Shown here: positions 20,734 through 30,702 of the stretch, one piece after another
Position numbering within the stretch: the first letter of the stretch is position 1
Layout of the letters: every line of letters starts with the position of its first letter
Assembly: GCA_965220085.1 (NCBI GenBank)
Contig: CBDCOZ010000003.1
Coordinates: 192,001-256,000, forward strand
DNA length: 64,000 bases
Origin: Candidatus Oxydemutatoraceae bacterium
GTDB taxonomy: Bacteria > Pseudomonadota > Gammaproteobacteria > Poriferisulfidales > Oxydemutatoraceae
Reading direction: 5' to 3'
The notes under the pieces: model-generated
Told to the model about the DNA's origin: nothing
The model's input: the letters and a program-made list of their open reading frames with translations, nothing else
Database searches by the model: none
Made by a program: the position numbers and the translations under genes

Positions 20734-20841
20734 AATCGCAAAACATGCTAAAACCACAGGACATGCTAAAATCACAGAACATGCTGGAATTGCAGAACAT
20801 GCTAAAATCGCAGAACATGCTAGAATTGCAGAACATACTAT
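20734..20841 (+). repeat. 18-bp tandem repeat, six degenerate copies
   Basis: Unit approximately aatcgcagaacatgctaa. Confidence 0.85.
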
Positions 20842-20911
20842 TGTGTCGCTCATCAGTTAGATATCGCGACCGTTTTTATAAGTATTATCATTTCTACCAA
20901 ATGGAAAGACA

Positions 20912-22738
20912 ATGCAATTGATTTCTCTTCTTTATTCTATTCTTTATTATTTTCTAATTTTTGCGCCGGTTGCGGCAGCTCTTCTTCTTTTCCTTTGGGT
21001 TGCTGAGAAGAAGCTAGGGATTAAAGGGCGCCTCATTGGCGGCAAAAGCAATGTGTTATGGCCATTAGTAGTAGTGGTGCTGGTTTTTGGTTTCATGGAT
21101 AAATACAGCGAGGAGGCAGGCGATTTTTTGGGCCAGATAACAAAAGTAGAATTCGGAAATCTAACACTTGAAGCGCAACAAGAAGTACCAGCAGAGGCAT
21201 TATTTCTTGTACCGCCAAAGGAGGCAGAATCGCAACAGTATCGCGAAGAATCACGGTGTCCACCGCCTACACTAACAGCGATAAACGGAGAATCTAATGA
21301 AGATAACCAGAATAGAATGGAGGCAAAAGCATCAGATAAAAAACTAGAAGGTAACAGAATTGGCGAGAAGGAAAAAGAATCTATACGGCTTCTTGCTAAT
21401 CAGGGAGATGCCGAAGCACAGCAGTCGCTCGGTGTGATGTACGTAGCAGGGCGAGGTGTTCCGCAAAACTACAAAGAGGCAGTGAAATGGTTTCGGCTTG
21501 CTGCTGATCAGGGGGATGCCGAAGCACAACACAATCTTGGTGTGATGTACATAGCAGGGTGGGGTGTTGAGAAAAATGATGAAGAGGCAGTGGAATGGTT
21601 TCGGCTTGCTGCTAATCAGGGGGATGCCGAAGCACAATTCAGCCTCGGTGTGATGTACGAGGATGGAATAGGTGTTGAGAAAAATGATGAAGAGGCAGTG
21701 AAATGGTTTCGGCTTGTTGCTAATCAGGGGGATGCCGAAGCACAATTCAGCCTCGGTGTGATGTACGCAGAAGGGCGAGGTGTTCCGCAAAACTACGAAG
21801 AGGCAGTGGAATGGTTTCGGCTTGCTGCTAAGCAGGGGTTTGCCGAAGCACAATACAATCTTGGTGTGATGTACGAGGATGGAATAGGTGTTGAGGAAAA
21901 TGATGAAGAGGCAGTGGAATGGTTTCGGCTTGCTGCTAAGCAGGGGTTTGCCGAAGCACAGCAGTCGCTCGGTGTGATATACGAGAAAGGAATAGGTATT
22001 TCGCAAAACTGCGAAGAAGCAGTGAAATGGTATCGGCTTGCTGCTAATCAGAAGTTAGCCGAAGCACAATACAATCTTGGTGTGATGTATGCAGAAGGGC
22101 GAGGTGTTCCGCAAAACCACGAAGAGGCAGTGGAATGGTATCGGCTTGCTGCTAAGCAGGGGATAGTTGAAGCACAATTCAGCCTCGGTTGGGTGTACGA
22201 GCATGGAGGAGGTGTTAAGAAAAATGATGAAGAGGCAGTGGAATGGTATCGGCTTGCTGCTAATCAGGGGGACGCCGAAGCACAATTCAGACTCGGTGTG
22301 ATGTACGCAAAAGGGCGAGGTGTTCCGCAAAGCTACGAAGAGGCAGTGAAATGGTATCGGCTCGCTGCTAATCAGGGGTTAGCCGAAGCACAATCCAATC
22401 TCGGTTGGATGTACGCAAAAGGGCGAGGTGTTCCGCAAAGCTACGAAGAGGCAGTGAAATGGTATCGGCTCGCTGCTAATCAGGGGCTAGCCGAAGCACA
22501 ATCCAATCTCGGTTGGGTGTACGCAAAAGGGCGAGGTGTTCCGCAAAACTACGAAGAGGCATATATATGGTTTTCTATTGCAACGGCTAACAGGCATGAA
22601 TATTCAGAATCTTCCCGAGATACTATTGCTAAGGAGTTGTCTGCAGAAGAATTGAAGGAATCGCAACGCAAAGCGCAAGAAAGACACCGGCTGTTGGTTG
22701 AAAAGAGACAAAGAGTCACAAGAAGAGTAAATGGCTAA
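20912..22738 (+). CDS. Membrane-anchored Sel1-repeat protein (~11 repeats)
   Basis: 36-aa repeats AEAQxxLGVMYxxGxGVxxNxEEAVxWxRLAAxQG; two N-terminal TM segments. Confidence 0.95.
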   Translation: MQLISLLYSILYYFLIFAPVAAALLLFLWVAEKKLGIKGRLIGGKSNVLWPLVVVVLVFGFMDKYSEEAGDFLGQITKVEFGNLTLEAQQEVPAEALFLVPPKEAESQQYREESRCPPPTLTAINGESNEDNQNRMEAKASDKKLEGNRIGEKEKESIRLLANQGDAEAQQSLGVMYVAGRGVPQNYKEAVKWFRLAADQGDAEAQHNLGVMYIAGWGVEKNDEEAVEWFRLAANQGDAEAQFSLGVMYEDGIGVEKNDEEAVKWFRLVANQGDAEAQFSLGVMYAEGRGVPQNYEEAVEWFRLAAKQGFAEAQYNLGVMYEDGIGVEENDEEAVEWFRLAAKQGFAEAQQSLGVIYEKGIGISQNCEEAVKWYRLAANQKLAEAQYNLGVMYAEGRGVPQNHEEAVEWYRLAAKQGIVEAQFSLGWVYEHGGGVKKNDEEAVEWYRLAANQGDAEAQFRLGVMYAKGRGVPQSYEEAVKWYRLAANQGLAEAQSNLGWMYAKGRGVPQSYEEAVKWYRLAANQGLAEAQSNLGWVYAKGRGVPQNYEEAYIWFSIATANRHEYSESSRDTIAKELSAEELKESQRKAQERHRLLVEKRQRVTRRVNG

Positions 22739-22894
22739 AAGCTACGCCAGATTATTTTCGATTGGAACCATCGCCTAATTTGCTTGGCAATTGTAATTGG
22801 CGCCACATAACTTAATGAGTCACCACATAAAATATTTTGCGTCATTTCCGAAACTTATTGTATAATTTTATTTCAGTATCTTAGGAGGTAAGTT

Positions 22895-23224
22895 ATGAAG
22901 CACTTAATATTTTTTATCGTATTGTTAATTTTTCCATTGCCGTATGTATTCGCTGGAGACCTTAGCGGAAGTGCTGATACTAGTATAAAGATTGATGCTG
23001 GATCTGCAAAGGATTCAATAAAGAAAGGTTCAATAAAGGAAAAGGATTTCCTCTCCCGGGGCTTTTCTGAACACGTAAAATCGCTGAGGAGGGGGTCTGC
23101 AAATGGCCGACGACAAAACAAGCTCTTCTCCTCAGACCTTTCTACATACGTAAGCCCGCCGTGGTTTGCATACCAATCGCGAAATTCGCTGCCCCCTTCG
23201 AGTTTTGCACCTAAGGAGAAATAA
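22895..23224 (+). CDS. Small secreted hypothetical protein
   Basis: Strong RBS aggagg; signal peptide ending YVFA. Confidence 0.55.
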   Translation: MKHLIFFIVLLIFPLPYVFAGDLSGSADTSIKIDAGSAKDSIKKGSIKEKDFLSRGFSEHVKSLRRGSANGRRQNKLFSSDLSTYVSPPWFAYQSRNSLPPSSFAPKEK

Positions 23225-23287
23225 GGCGGCAGAAAAAAGTGTAGCAGTGATTGCAAACTTCAACGATTTTAAAGTGGAGCAAGTGGT

Positions 23288-24034
23288 ATGATAGTTCGGA
23301 GAAATGTGATGTCCACATCTGCCGCCGATGATTTGACCGCCTACGCGGATGCGGTCTTCAAGATGAAAAGTCTGCCCGCTTCAAATCCGATGAGTTGGAC
23401 GGCGCAGGCCGAGATTCACAGAGACTATTGCCCGCACAGAAACGCCTATTTCCTGCCTTGGCACCGTGCCTATCTTCATTACTTTGAGGAGATTTGCCGG
23501 GCCCAGTCGGGTAAGGCTGATTTCGCCCTTCCCTACTGGAACTGGACAAATTATCCACATGTTCCGTCCGCTTTCTGGAAGGGCTCGCTCAACGACAATA
23601 CTCGTATCATCGGGAACAATCAGCTTCCCGATACTGTCGTCGGTGCCGACGCAATCAATAACATTTTGGCAATCAAAGACTTTGAAGAATTTGGGAGTTT
23701 CTATGTCAAAGGATGTCCGAAGGGGACAGCGTGCCAGCGCAAGCACGCGGGGATGGGCACCCTTGAAGGGGAGCCGCACAACAGAGTTCACAATGACATT
23801 GGTGGCAACATGGCGACTGGTATGTCGCCGCTTGATCCGATCTTCTGGATGCATCACAGCAACATTGACCGGTTGTGGGTGGAGTGGAACAAGACTAACC
23901 CCAACGGCGATGATGATGAGTGGAAAAACTTCGTTCTCAGTAGCTTCACCGACAGCAACGGTCAAACTCAGAACCCGACAGTTGCGAGCACTTTTGATAC
24001 TGAAGCGCTCGGCTATCGCTACGACACCCAATAG
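23288..24034 (+). CDS. Tyrosinase-family type-3 copper protein
   Basis: CuA IH..CPH...FLPWHRAYL; PYWNW; CuB PHNRVH...DPIFWMHHSNID. Confidence 0.92.
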   Translation: MIVRRNVMSTSAADDLTAYADAVFKMKSLPASNPMSWTAQAEIHRDYCPHRNAYFLPWHRAYLHYFEEICRAQSGKADFALPYWNWTNYPHVPSAFWKGSLNDNTRIIGNNQLPDTVVGADAINNILAIKDFEEFGSFYVKGCPKGTACQRKHAGMGTLEGEPHNRVHNDIGGNMATGMSPLDPIFWMHHSNIDRLWVEWNKTNPNGDDDEWKNFVLSSFTDSNGQTQNPTVASTFDTEALGYRYDTQ

Positions 24035-24100
24035 AAAGCATCAAGATCTTTGTGAAATCAAATATCAAAGAAAGTTAAAAAACGAGTTGAAGAGTTATTG

Positions 24101-24510
24101 TGTGTTTGATGCCAAGACATATTGGACACATGGGAAAATGTTGTGTGATTCGTGTCATGGGTGTTTGAAGATCCGGTTGTGGTCCCTTAGCGGTGTTTTG
24201 GTGTGAAACCATAACAGATAATTTATCCGACGATTATTGAATGTCCGCATGTTGGTCATCAGCGGGCCTATTCAAGTTCCACAACCCCTTCCCGGATAGC
24301 GCGGCGAAAGCGGTCATTGAATCTCGGCGACTGCCCCGGCGACCAACTACGTCGTCGTTGTCGGCGTGGGACAGCGCTACGACTGGTTCAGCCGTTCGTG
24401 TCATTGCGCTGATATTTTCGTCACGTCGCATACCGTGATGAGCGGCTGACATGGTAAGCATCCATAGCGGCTTTGATGCCGATGTGTTGCTATAGCCTGT
24501 CGGCTATGTT
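24101..24510 (-). mobile_element. Internally deleted IS481-family element (HTH fused to C-terminus) with right end
   Basis: Minus strand gives GIKAAMDAYHVSRSSRY...RRRRSW, then FNDRFRRAIREGVVE and YLLWFHTK. Ends in TGTTTGATGCCA. Confidence 0.7.
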
Positions 24511-24511
24511 T

Positions 24512-24680
24512 TTTGCTGATGCCAGAAATCCAGAATATTTCTGGCATTATGCACTAATCAGAATAGATGCCGCGCGAGAATGGCTGAAAAGCATTTTGGC
24601 TAGAATTGCATGCAAACCCCTAAAATTATTGCGTGTCGTGTTGATGCCGGGAATCCGGAATGTTTCCGGCATTATGCACT
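24512..24680 (+). mobile_element. Two IS left-end remnants
   Basis: tgatgccagaaatccagaatatttctggcattat (~24518) and tgatgccgggaatccggaatgtttccggcattat (~24642) share the TGATGCC terminus with the right ends. Confidence 0.55.
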
Positions 24681-24774
24681 TAGTGCGCCACCGGCGCGCG
24701 TTGCTTCGCGGCGCTCGATCTCGTCTATGCGCAGGGAGAGCAACTCGGCGCTTGTGTCGGTGTGTGCTTCGGTA

Positions 24775-25758
24775 TCAGTTTGAGTCAGAGCAATATCGGT
24801 TTAAGTTATCAATGAGATCTTGTGAAATGCCACCGGCTCTGTTATAGCTCTTATTATAGACATCATAGGCTTGTCCTTGATGGTCTGTAACACCGCCGCT
24901 ATGAAAAGCTACAATTTCACGAACGGTGTAATTTCTATGGATTATAAGAGGACTGCCCGAAAGACCGTCTTGGGTTGGGCAATTATGATAAAGAGCAAGA
25001 GGGTTGCCTTGCTGACCATTTGTAATCTGACATCCCTGCATAAAATGAACCCTTTCGCTAGGGATATCATACCCTGCAAACAACATATCCTTATTAAAGT
25101 CATAATCTTTTGCAAAGGGAACAAGTCTCGCTATCTTTTTAGGAGCAGGCCTTTTTTTGCCTTGTATAGGCAGAACAATATAGTCCAAATGTCTTTGGCG
25201 TCCCGTGAACTCTCTTGCGCCAAGCAGCCCTTGTTTTTCCATTTTAGAAATGGCATTCAGGTCTAACTCATAACAGGGCCCATTAAGACAAAACTTGGCG
25301 CTTTTCGCAACCATCTCCCCCGTTTTGCGATTAAACAAATTATGGGCATTTGTAAAAATAAGATCGTTTGCGGCGCAGTGTTCTGTTCTTACAATAAAAC
25401 CCGTCCCGCCATGCCTCCTTCCGTCTTTTTTTCGCGTTTCTACCAAACCGACAAATTCATCTAAAAAATTAGCATTGTCCGGGCTTGCTTTGTAGTGCTC
25501 CAAAGCGTCCTCAAAGCTACAGCCTGCCGGAGGTTCTCCTTCGCCTCCGCAAAAGTGCCAGCCTTTTGATGTGCCGGACAGCGCTTCCAGAAGACTAATC
25601 CCCCCATGTTCCATAACAAAGTTTGAGGCCTCTTTTGCAAAGTGTTTTACAGAATACATAAAGCGAAAGTCACAGTCTTCTGCCTTAATACAGTTCTCTG
25701 CATCCGCCCACAATGGCGACACCCCCAGCAAAAGCAGAAACAAAAGCAGTTTTTTCAT
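24775..25758 (-). CDS. Secreted trypsin-like serine protease, array copy 1
   Basis: Start MKKLLLF after aggag; TNAH, LDY and GLSGSP. Confidence 0.87.
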   Translation of the reverse strand: MKKLLLFLLLLGVSPLWADAENCIKAEDCDFRFMYSVKHFAKEASNFVMEHGGISLLEALSGTSKGWHFCGGEGEPPAGCSFEDALEHYKASPDNANFLDEFVGLVETRKKDGRRHGGTGFIVRTEHCAANDLIFTNAHNLFNRKTGEMVAKSAKFCLNGPCYELDLNAISKMEKQGLLGAREFTGRQRHLDYIVLPIQGKKRPAPKKIARLVPFAKDYDFNKDMLFAGYDIPSERVHFMQGCQITNGQQGNPLALYHNCPTQDGLSGSPLIIHRNYTVREIVAFHSGGVTDHQGQAYDVYNKSYNRAGGISQDLIDNLNRYCSDSN

Positions 25759-25969
25759 AGTCATCTCCTGGTTTGTTAGTGTGGCGGCCTGCGATGCCCG
25801 TGTCCCGCTCTCGGATGCATCATTTGCCACCTTCGTTGAAGGCGATTATAGATCATCCTCGCCGTCGCAGTCGCTCGGCGCGCCGCCGGTGCGCGTTGCT
25901 TCGCGGCGCTTGATCTCGTCTATGCGCTGGGAGATTAGCTCGGCGCTTGTGTCGGCGTGTGCTTCGGTA

Positions 25970-26953
25970 TCAGTTTGAGTCAGAGCAATATCGGTTTAAA
26001 TTATCAATGAGATCTTGTGAAATGCCAGCGGCCGAATTAAATCGATTATTACGCGGGTCATATGCTTGTCCATTATATTGGCGCTTGCTGCCAGTATGGA
26101 GAGCCACAATTTCAGCTTTATCGTTTATAAGAGGGCCGCCCGAAAAACCTTGTTCGCCCGGGCAATTATGAAAAAGAGTAAGAGGATAGCCATCCAGAGC
26201 ATGTGTAATCTTGCATCCCTGAACAAAACGAACCCTTTCCTTTTTGATATGATACCCTGCAAACAACATATCCTCCCGCGTGTCATCGAATTTTGAAAAG
26301 GCGCCAAGCCTTGCTGCCTCTTTAGGAGCGGGTCTTTTTTTGCCTTTGATAGGAAGAACAACATAGTCTAAATATCTGTATCTGGCGCCTTTTCCCGGAC
26401 GCTTTCTTGCGCCAAGCAACCCATGGTTTTCCATTTTAGAAATGGCATTCAGATCTAACTCATAACAGGCGCCATTAAGACAAAACTTTGCGCTTTTCGC
26501 CTTCCTCTTCCCATCAGTTTTCCAATTAAAAATTGCATGGGCATTCATAAAGACAAGATTGTTTCCGGCGCATCTTTCTGTTCTTACAATAAAACCCGTG
26601 CCAGAATGCTTCTTTCCGTCTTTGTGTCGTTTATCTACTGCCCCGACAAATTCCCTTAAAAAAGTAGCATTTTCCGGGCTGGCTTCGTAATGCTTCAAAG
26701 CATCCTCAAGGCTACAGCCCGCCGGAGGCTCTCCTTCGCCTCCGCAAAAGTGATTGCCTTTTGATGTGCCGGACAGCGTTTCCAGAAGACTAATCCCCCC
26801 ATGTTCCATAACAAAGTTTGAGGCCTCTTTTGCAGAGTGTTTTACAGAGCGCATAAAGCGAAAGTCACAGTCTTCTGCCTTAATACAGTTCTCTGCATCC
26901 GCCCACAACGGCGACACCCCCAGCAAAAGCAGAAACAAAAGCAGTTTTTTCAT
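25970..26953 (-). CDS. Secreted trypsin-like serine protease, array copy 2
   Basis: MNAH, LDY and GFSGGP. Confidence 0.87.
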   Translation of the reverse strand: MKKLLLFLLLLGVSPLWADAENCIKAEDCDFRFMRSVKHSAKEASNFVMEHGGISLLETLSGTSKGNHFCGGEGEPPAGCSLEDALKHYEASPENATFLREFVGAVDKRHKDGKKHSGTGFIVRTERCAGNNLVFMNAHAIFNWKTDGKRKAKSAKFCLNGACYELDLNAISKMENHGLLGARKRPGKGARYRYLDYVVLPIKGKKRPAPKEAARLGAFSKFDDTREDMLFAGYHIKKERVRFVQGCKITHALDGYPLTLFHNCPGEQGFSGGPLINDKAEIVALHTGSKRQYNGQAYDPRNNRFNSAAGISQDLIDNLNRYCSDSN

Positions 26954-27164
26954 AGTCATCTCCTGGTTTGTTAGTGCGGCGGCCTGCGATGCATGTGTCC
27001 CGCTCTCGGATGCATCATTTGCCACCTCCGTTGAAGGCGATTATAGATCATCCTCGCCGTCGCAGTCGCTCGGCGCGCCACCGGCGCGCGTTGCTTCGCG
27101 GCGCTTGATTTCGTCTGTGCATCGGGAGATTAGCTCGGCGCTTGTGTCGGCGTGTGCTTCGGTA

Positions 27165-27986
27165 TCAGTTTGAGTCAGAGCAATATCGATTTAAATTATC
27201 AATGAACTCTTGTGAAATGCCGCCTCCCGAATTAAAGCTGCTTTTACGAGGGTCATAGGGCTTCCCAGATATATCACTGTCACCGGCATGAAAAGCCACA
27301 ACTTCACGTGCAGTGTTTACAAGAGGCCCGCCTGAAAACCCCCCTGTGCCTGGGCAATTATGAAAAAGAGTAAGGGGGTGCTCGATAGTGTCATGTGTAA
27401 TCTTACATCCCTCGACAAAACGAACCCTCTCCTCTTCGGTATGATATCCTGCAAACAGCATAGGCTCACGAAGGTCACGATTTTTTGCATAGGCGCCGAG
27501 TCTCGCTGCCTCTTTGGGAGCAGGTCTTTTGCCTTTGATAGGAAGAATAATATAGTCTAAATGTCTTTCTCTGTATGTGAACTTTCTTGCGCCAAGCAGC
27601 CCATGTTTTTCCATTTTAGAAATGGCATTAAGATCTAACTCATAACAGGGCCCATTAAGACAAAACTTTGAACTTCTTGCAACCATCTTCCCCGTTTTAA
27701 TGTCAAAAAACGCATGAGCATTTGTAAGAATAAGATTGTTCCCAGTACATCTTTCTGTTCTTACAATAAAACCCGTGGAACTATAATTTTTTCCGTTTTT
27801 TTGTTGTACTTTTACTCGGCCTACAAATTCATCTAAAAAAGCAACATCTCTCGGGTTTGCTTCGTAATGCTTCAAAGCATCCTCCAGGCTGCAACCTGCC
27901 GGAGGCTCTCCTTCTCCACCGCAGAAGTGAGCAGCCCATGCCGGCGACACCCCCAGCAAAAGCAGGGTTAAAAGCAGTCTTTTCAT
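27165..27986 (-). CDS. Secreted trypsin-like serine protease, array copy 3
   Basis: TNAH, LDY and GFSGGP; lacks the ~50-aa N-terminal insert of copies 1-2. Confidence 0.87.
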   Translation of the reverse strand: MKRLLLTLLLLGVSPAWAAHFCGGEGEPPAGCSLEDALKHYEANPRDVAFLDEFVGRVKVQQKNGKNYSSTGFIVRTERCTGNNLILTNAHAFFDIKTGKMVARSSKFCLNGPCYELDLNAISKMEKHGLLGARKFTYRERHLDYIILPIKGKRPAPKEAARLGAYAKNRDLREPMLFAGYHTEEERVRFVEGCKITHDTIEHPLTLFHNCPGTGGFSGGPLVNTAREVVAFHAGDSDISGKPYDPRKSSFNSGGGISQEFIDNLNRYCSDSN

Positions 27987-28197
27987 AGTCATCTCATGGT
28001 TTGTTAGTGTGGCGGCCTGCGATGCATGTGTCCCGCTCTCGGATGCATCATTTGCCACCTCCGTTGAAGGCGATTATAGATCATCCTCGGCGGCGCAGGC
28101 GCTCGGTGCGCCGCCGGTGCGCGTTGCTTCGCGGCGCTCGATCTCGTCTATGCGCAGGGAGAGCAACTCGGCGCTTGTGTCGGCGTGTGCTTCGGTA

Positions 28198-29028
28198 TCA
28201 GTTTGAGTCAGAGCAATATCGATTTAAGTTGTCAATGAGTTTTTGTGAAATACCGCCCCCCAGATTATAGTTGCCTCCTCGAGGGTTATAGGGTTGTCCA
28301 TTTCCCTCCTTTGCGCCGGAAGCATGAATAGCCACAACTTCGCCCCGAGAGTTTACAAGAGGACCGCCTGAAAAACCATCTATGCCTGGGCAATTATGAA
28401 AAAGATTAAGGGGTGCCCCTTTAGTGTCATGTGCAATCTTACATCCTTCAACAAAGCGAACCCTTTTCTTTTTGATATGATACCCTGCGAACAACATAGG
28501 CTTATTAAGGTCACGCTCTTTTACATAGGCGCCAAGCCTCGCTGCCTCTTTGGGAACAGGCCTTTTTTTGCCTTTGAGGGGCAGAACAATATAGTCTAAA
28601 TATCTTTCTCCCCGTGTGAACTTTCTTGCGCCAAGCAGCCCATGTTTTTCCATTTTAGAAATGGCATTGAGATCAAACTCATAACATTTTCCATTAAGAC
28701 AAAACTCTGAACTTTTTGCCAGACGCTCCCCCGTTTTGCGGTCAAAAAAAGCATGGGCATTTGTAAGAATAAGATTGTTTTTGTTGCAGTCTTCTGTTCT
28801 TACAATAGAACCCGTGGTGCTATAATTTTTTCCGTCTTTCTTTCGTGTGTCCACTTCACCAACAAATTCACTTAAAAAATTAGCATCTCTCGTGTTTGCT
28901 TCGTAATGCTTCAAAGCATCCTCAAGGCTGCAACCCGCCGGAGGCTCTCCTTCGCCTCCGCAAAAGTGATTAGCCGACAGCAATGGCGACACCGACAGCA
29001 AAAGCAAGGTTAAAAGCAGTCTTTTCAC
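28198..29028 (-). CDS. Secreted trypsin-like serine protease, array copy 4 (GTG start)
   Basis: TNAH, LDY and GFSGGP. Confidence 0.85.
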   Translation of the reverse strand: MKRLLLTLLLLSVSPLLSANHFCGGEGEPPAGCSLEDALKHYEANTRDANFLSEFVGEVDTRKKDGKNYSTTGSIVRTEDCNKNNLILTNAHAFFDRKTGERLAKSSEFCLNGKCYEFDLNAISKMEKHGLLGARKFTRGERYLDYIVLPLKGKKRPVPKEAARLGAYVKERDLNKPMLFAGYHIKKKRVRFVEGCKIAHDTKGAPLNLFHNCPGIDGFSGGPLVNSRGEVVAIHASGAKEGNGQPYNPRGGNYNLGGGISQKLIDNLNRYCSDSN

Positions 29029-29126
29029 AGAAATAATTCTCAGCTTTGTTAGTTATTTGCCAGTTCTGGCCGCTGGCATTACAGATTTGCAACTATAGAA
29101 CAGGCAAGGTTTGCCTGTCAAGCAGG

Positions 29127-29505
29127 CGTATGATGCATGGCATAGGACACATGGGGCAGATGTTGGGTGCGTCATGGGCGCTTGAAGTTTCAGTCTGTAG
29201 TGTGCCCCCTTAGCGGCGCTTTAGTGTTAAACCATGACAGACACTTTATCCAACGATCATTAAATGTCCGCATATTCGGTCCGCAACAAACCCTCTTCAA
29301 ACTCCGCAAACTCTTCCCGAAGAGGCGGTTAAAGCATTCATTGGATGCATTCATTGATGAGCGGCTGACATGGCAAGCATCCATAGTGGCTTTGACATCG
29401 TAGCCGAGGTGTTGCTATGGCCCGTCGGCTTGAAATCAAGCATCTGGAATGTTCCCGGCATTATTCAATTTGCCCACATGTCCAATATGTACTGGCATCA
29501 CACAT
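29127..29505. mobile_element. Composite IS481 remnants: deleted element (-), then a left-end/right-end mini-element (+)
   Basis: Homologous to 2837-3055 and 24437-24510; ends with cccacatgtccaatatgtactggcatcaca. Confidence 0.65.
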
Positions 29506-29606
29506 GAAATTGCAGATGACGCGCTTTTGTGGTAGAGTGCGGAGTACTCATTCAACTGAGTGCTGTTTGGGTACATTAATACGGTTGGTAGCCAAGAAAC
29601 AGTAGC

Positions 29607-30398
29607 ATGATTCGCGAAACTTCTGATATGACCCCCGCACAGCGGGGAGCAACGATGATACGGCGTAGCCTCTGGTCGCTTATGTTGCTCGCTCTGATTG
29701 CCGTCTGCGGTCAAGCGCAAGCACAGACCAACACGACCGCTACCGGCGAACCGGAGGTCACAGCGGCGGACGGCACCAAATGGAGCGTCGCCGACACCTA
29801 CATCGACATCACGATAACCACGGCGACCGCCGCCGTGTTCACCCTGTTGCAGGCCCATGCCGGCAAACTCCTGCACATCTGCGCATCGTTTACCGACAAT
29901 GCCAGCAATGACGAGGAGCGATGCCTGAAAATAGGCCACGCCGTTGTCAATGTCGATGGTAGCGCCACTACAGACTTAAAAAAGATTATTTTGGTTTGCA
30001 TGGTGTTTATTTTTGGATTCGTTGGAGGGTTCATGAGCATGACCCAGAGATATTCCAGAGAGAAAGCAGAAGCAAAAGAAGAAGTGGCAGGAAAAATAAC
30101 TCTTTCAGATTATATACGCTCCTCTATTTTCGGTGGGGTTTTTGCAATTATCTTAATGCTGATATTTCAGGGCGGACTTGGAGTTGCTATAGGGGATTTT
30201 AATCTATTTCCCACCTATCCGGATGCTAAAGATATAAGTCCTATGGGCTTCTTTGAGTTGCTAAGTTATTATCCCGAGACTGGTGCAGATGTTGCAAAGC
30301 TATTGGTCTGGTCTTTTGTAGCAGGGTTTAGTGAGCGAATGGTCCCTGGAGTCCTTGGTAAGCTGAGTAACCGGATTAAAGGAGGAACCAAGAAGTAA
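29607..30398 (+). CDS. Chimeric membrane protein (secreted adhesin-like N-terminus plus AGFSER-motif TM domain)
   Basis: GC-rich first ~360 bp, then an AT-rich C-terminus nearly identical to that of 32299-32913. Confidence 0.65.
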   Translation: MIRETSDMTPAQRGATMIRRSLWSLMLLALIAVCGQAQAQTNTTATGEPEVTAADGTKWSVADTYIDITITTATAAVFTLLQAHAGKLLHICASFTDNASNDEERCLKIGHAVVNVDGSATTDLKKIILVCMVFIFGFVGGFMSMTQRYSREKAEAKEEVAGKITLSDYIRSSIFGGVFAIILMLIFQGGLGVAIGDFNLFPTYPDAKDISPMGFFELLSYYPETGADVAKLLVWSFVAGFSERMVPGVLGKLSNRIKGGTKK

Positions 30399-30702
30399 TG
30401 TCTCCCTCAAATGCCACCTCAACGCCCGCCGATGCCAGCACGGAAGACTCCCCTAAAAAAGGATGATTAAGAAAATATAGCAAAGGCCGCAAGATCAAAG
30501 GCCGTAAGCTTCCGCATTAAGAAGCGCAACTGAGGATTTGATTGCTTAAATATCTTGCTGTGGTGATTCGGCGGAACAGCAAAAATCTGCTCGCCATGTA
30601 ACGAGGCTACAGAGCTTAACCCCTTATGTGAGCATCCGGCAAAGGATAATAAATTGGGGCTGATATACAATTCTAGCAACCGGCTATCAGAACATAAGCA
30701 CT

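Larger units (their letters stand above)
25759..28197. repeat. ~210-bp conserved spacers between protease genes (25759-25969, 26954-27164, 27987-28197; partial at 24685-24774)
   Basis: Near-identical GC-rich blocks between otherwise divergent AT-richer genes. Confidence 0.9.

Noticed and set aside
20685-20921. Small protein with QNMLKS repeats
   Set aside because: Explained by the 18-bp DNA repeat; no clear RBS or family signal.
24685-29028. Integron cassette array
   Set aside because: No integrase is present, I could not find attC RYYYAAC/GTTRRRY cores bounding the spacers, and all cargo genes are paralogs.
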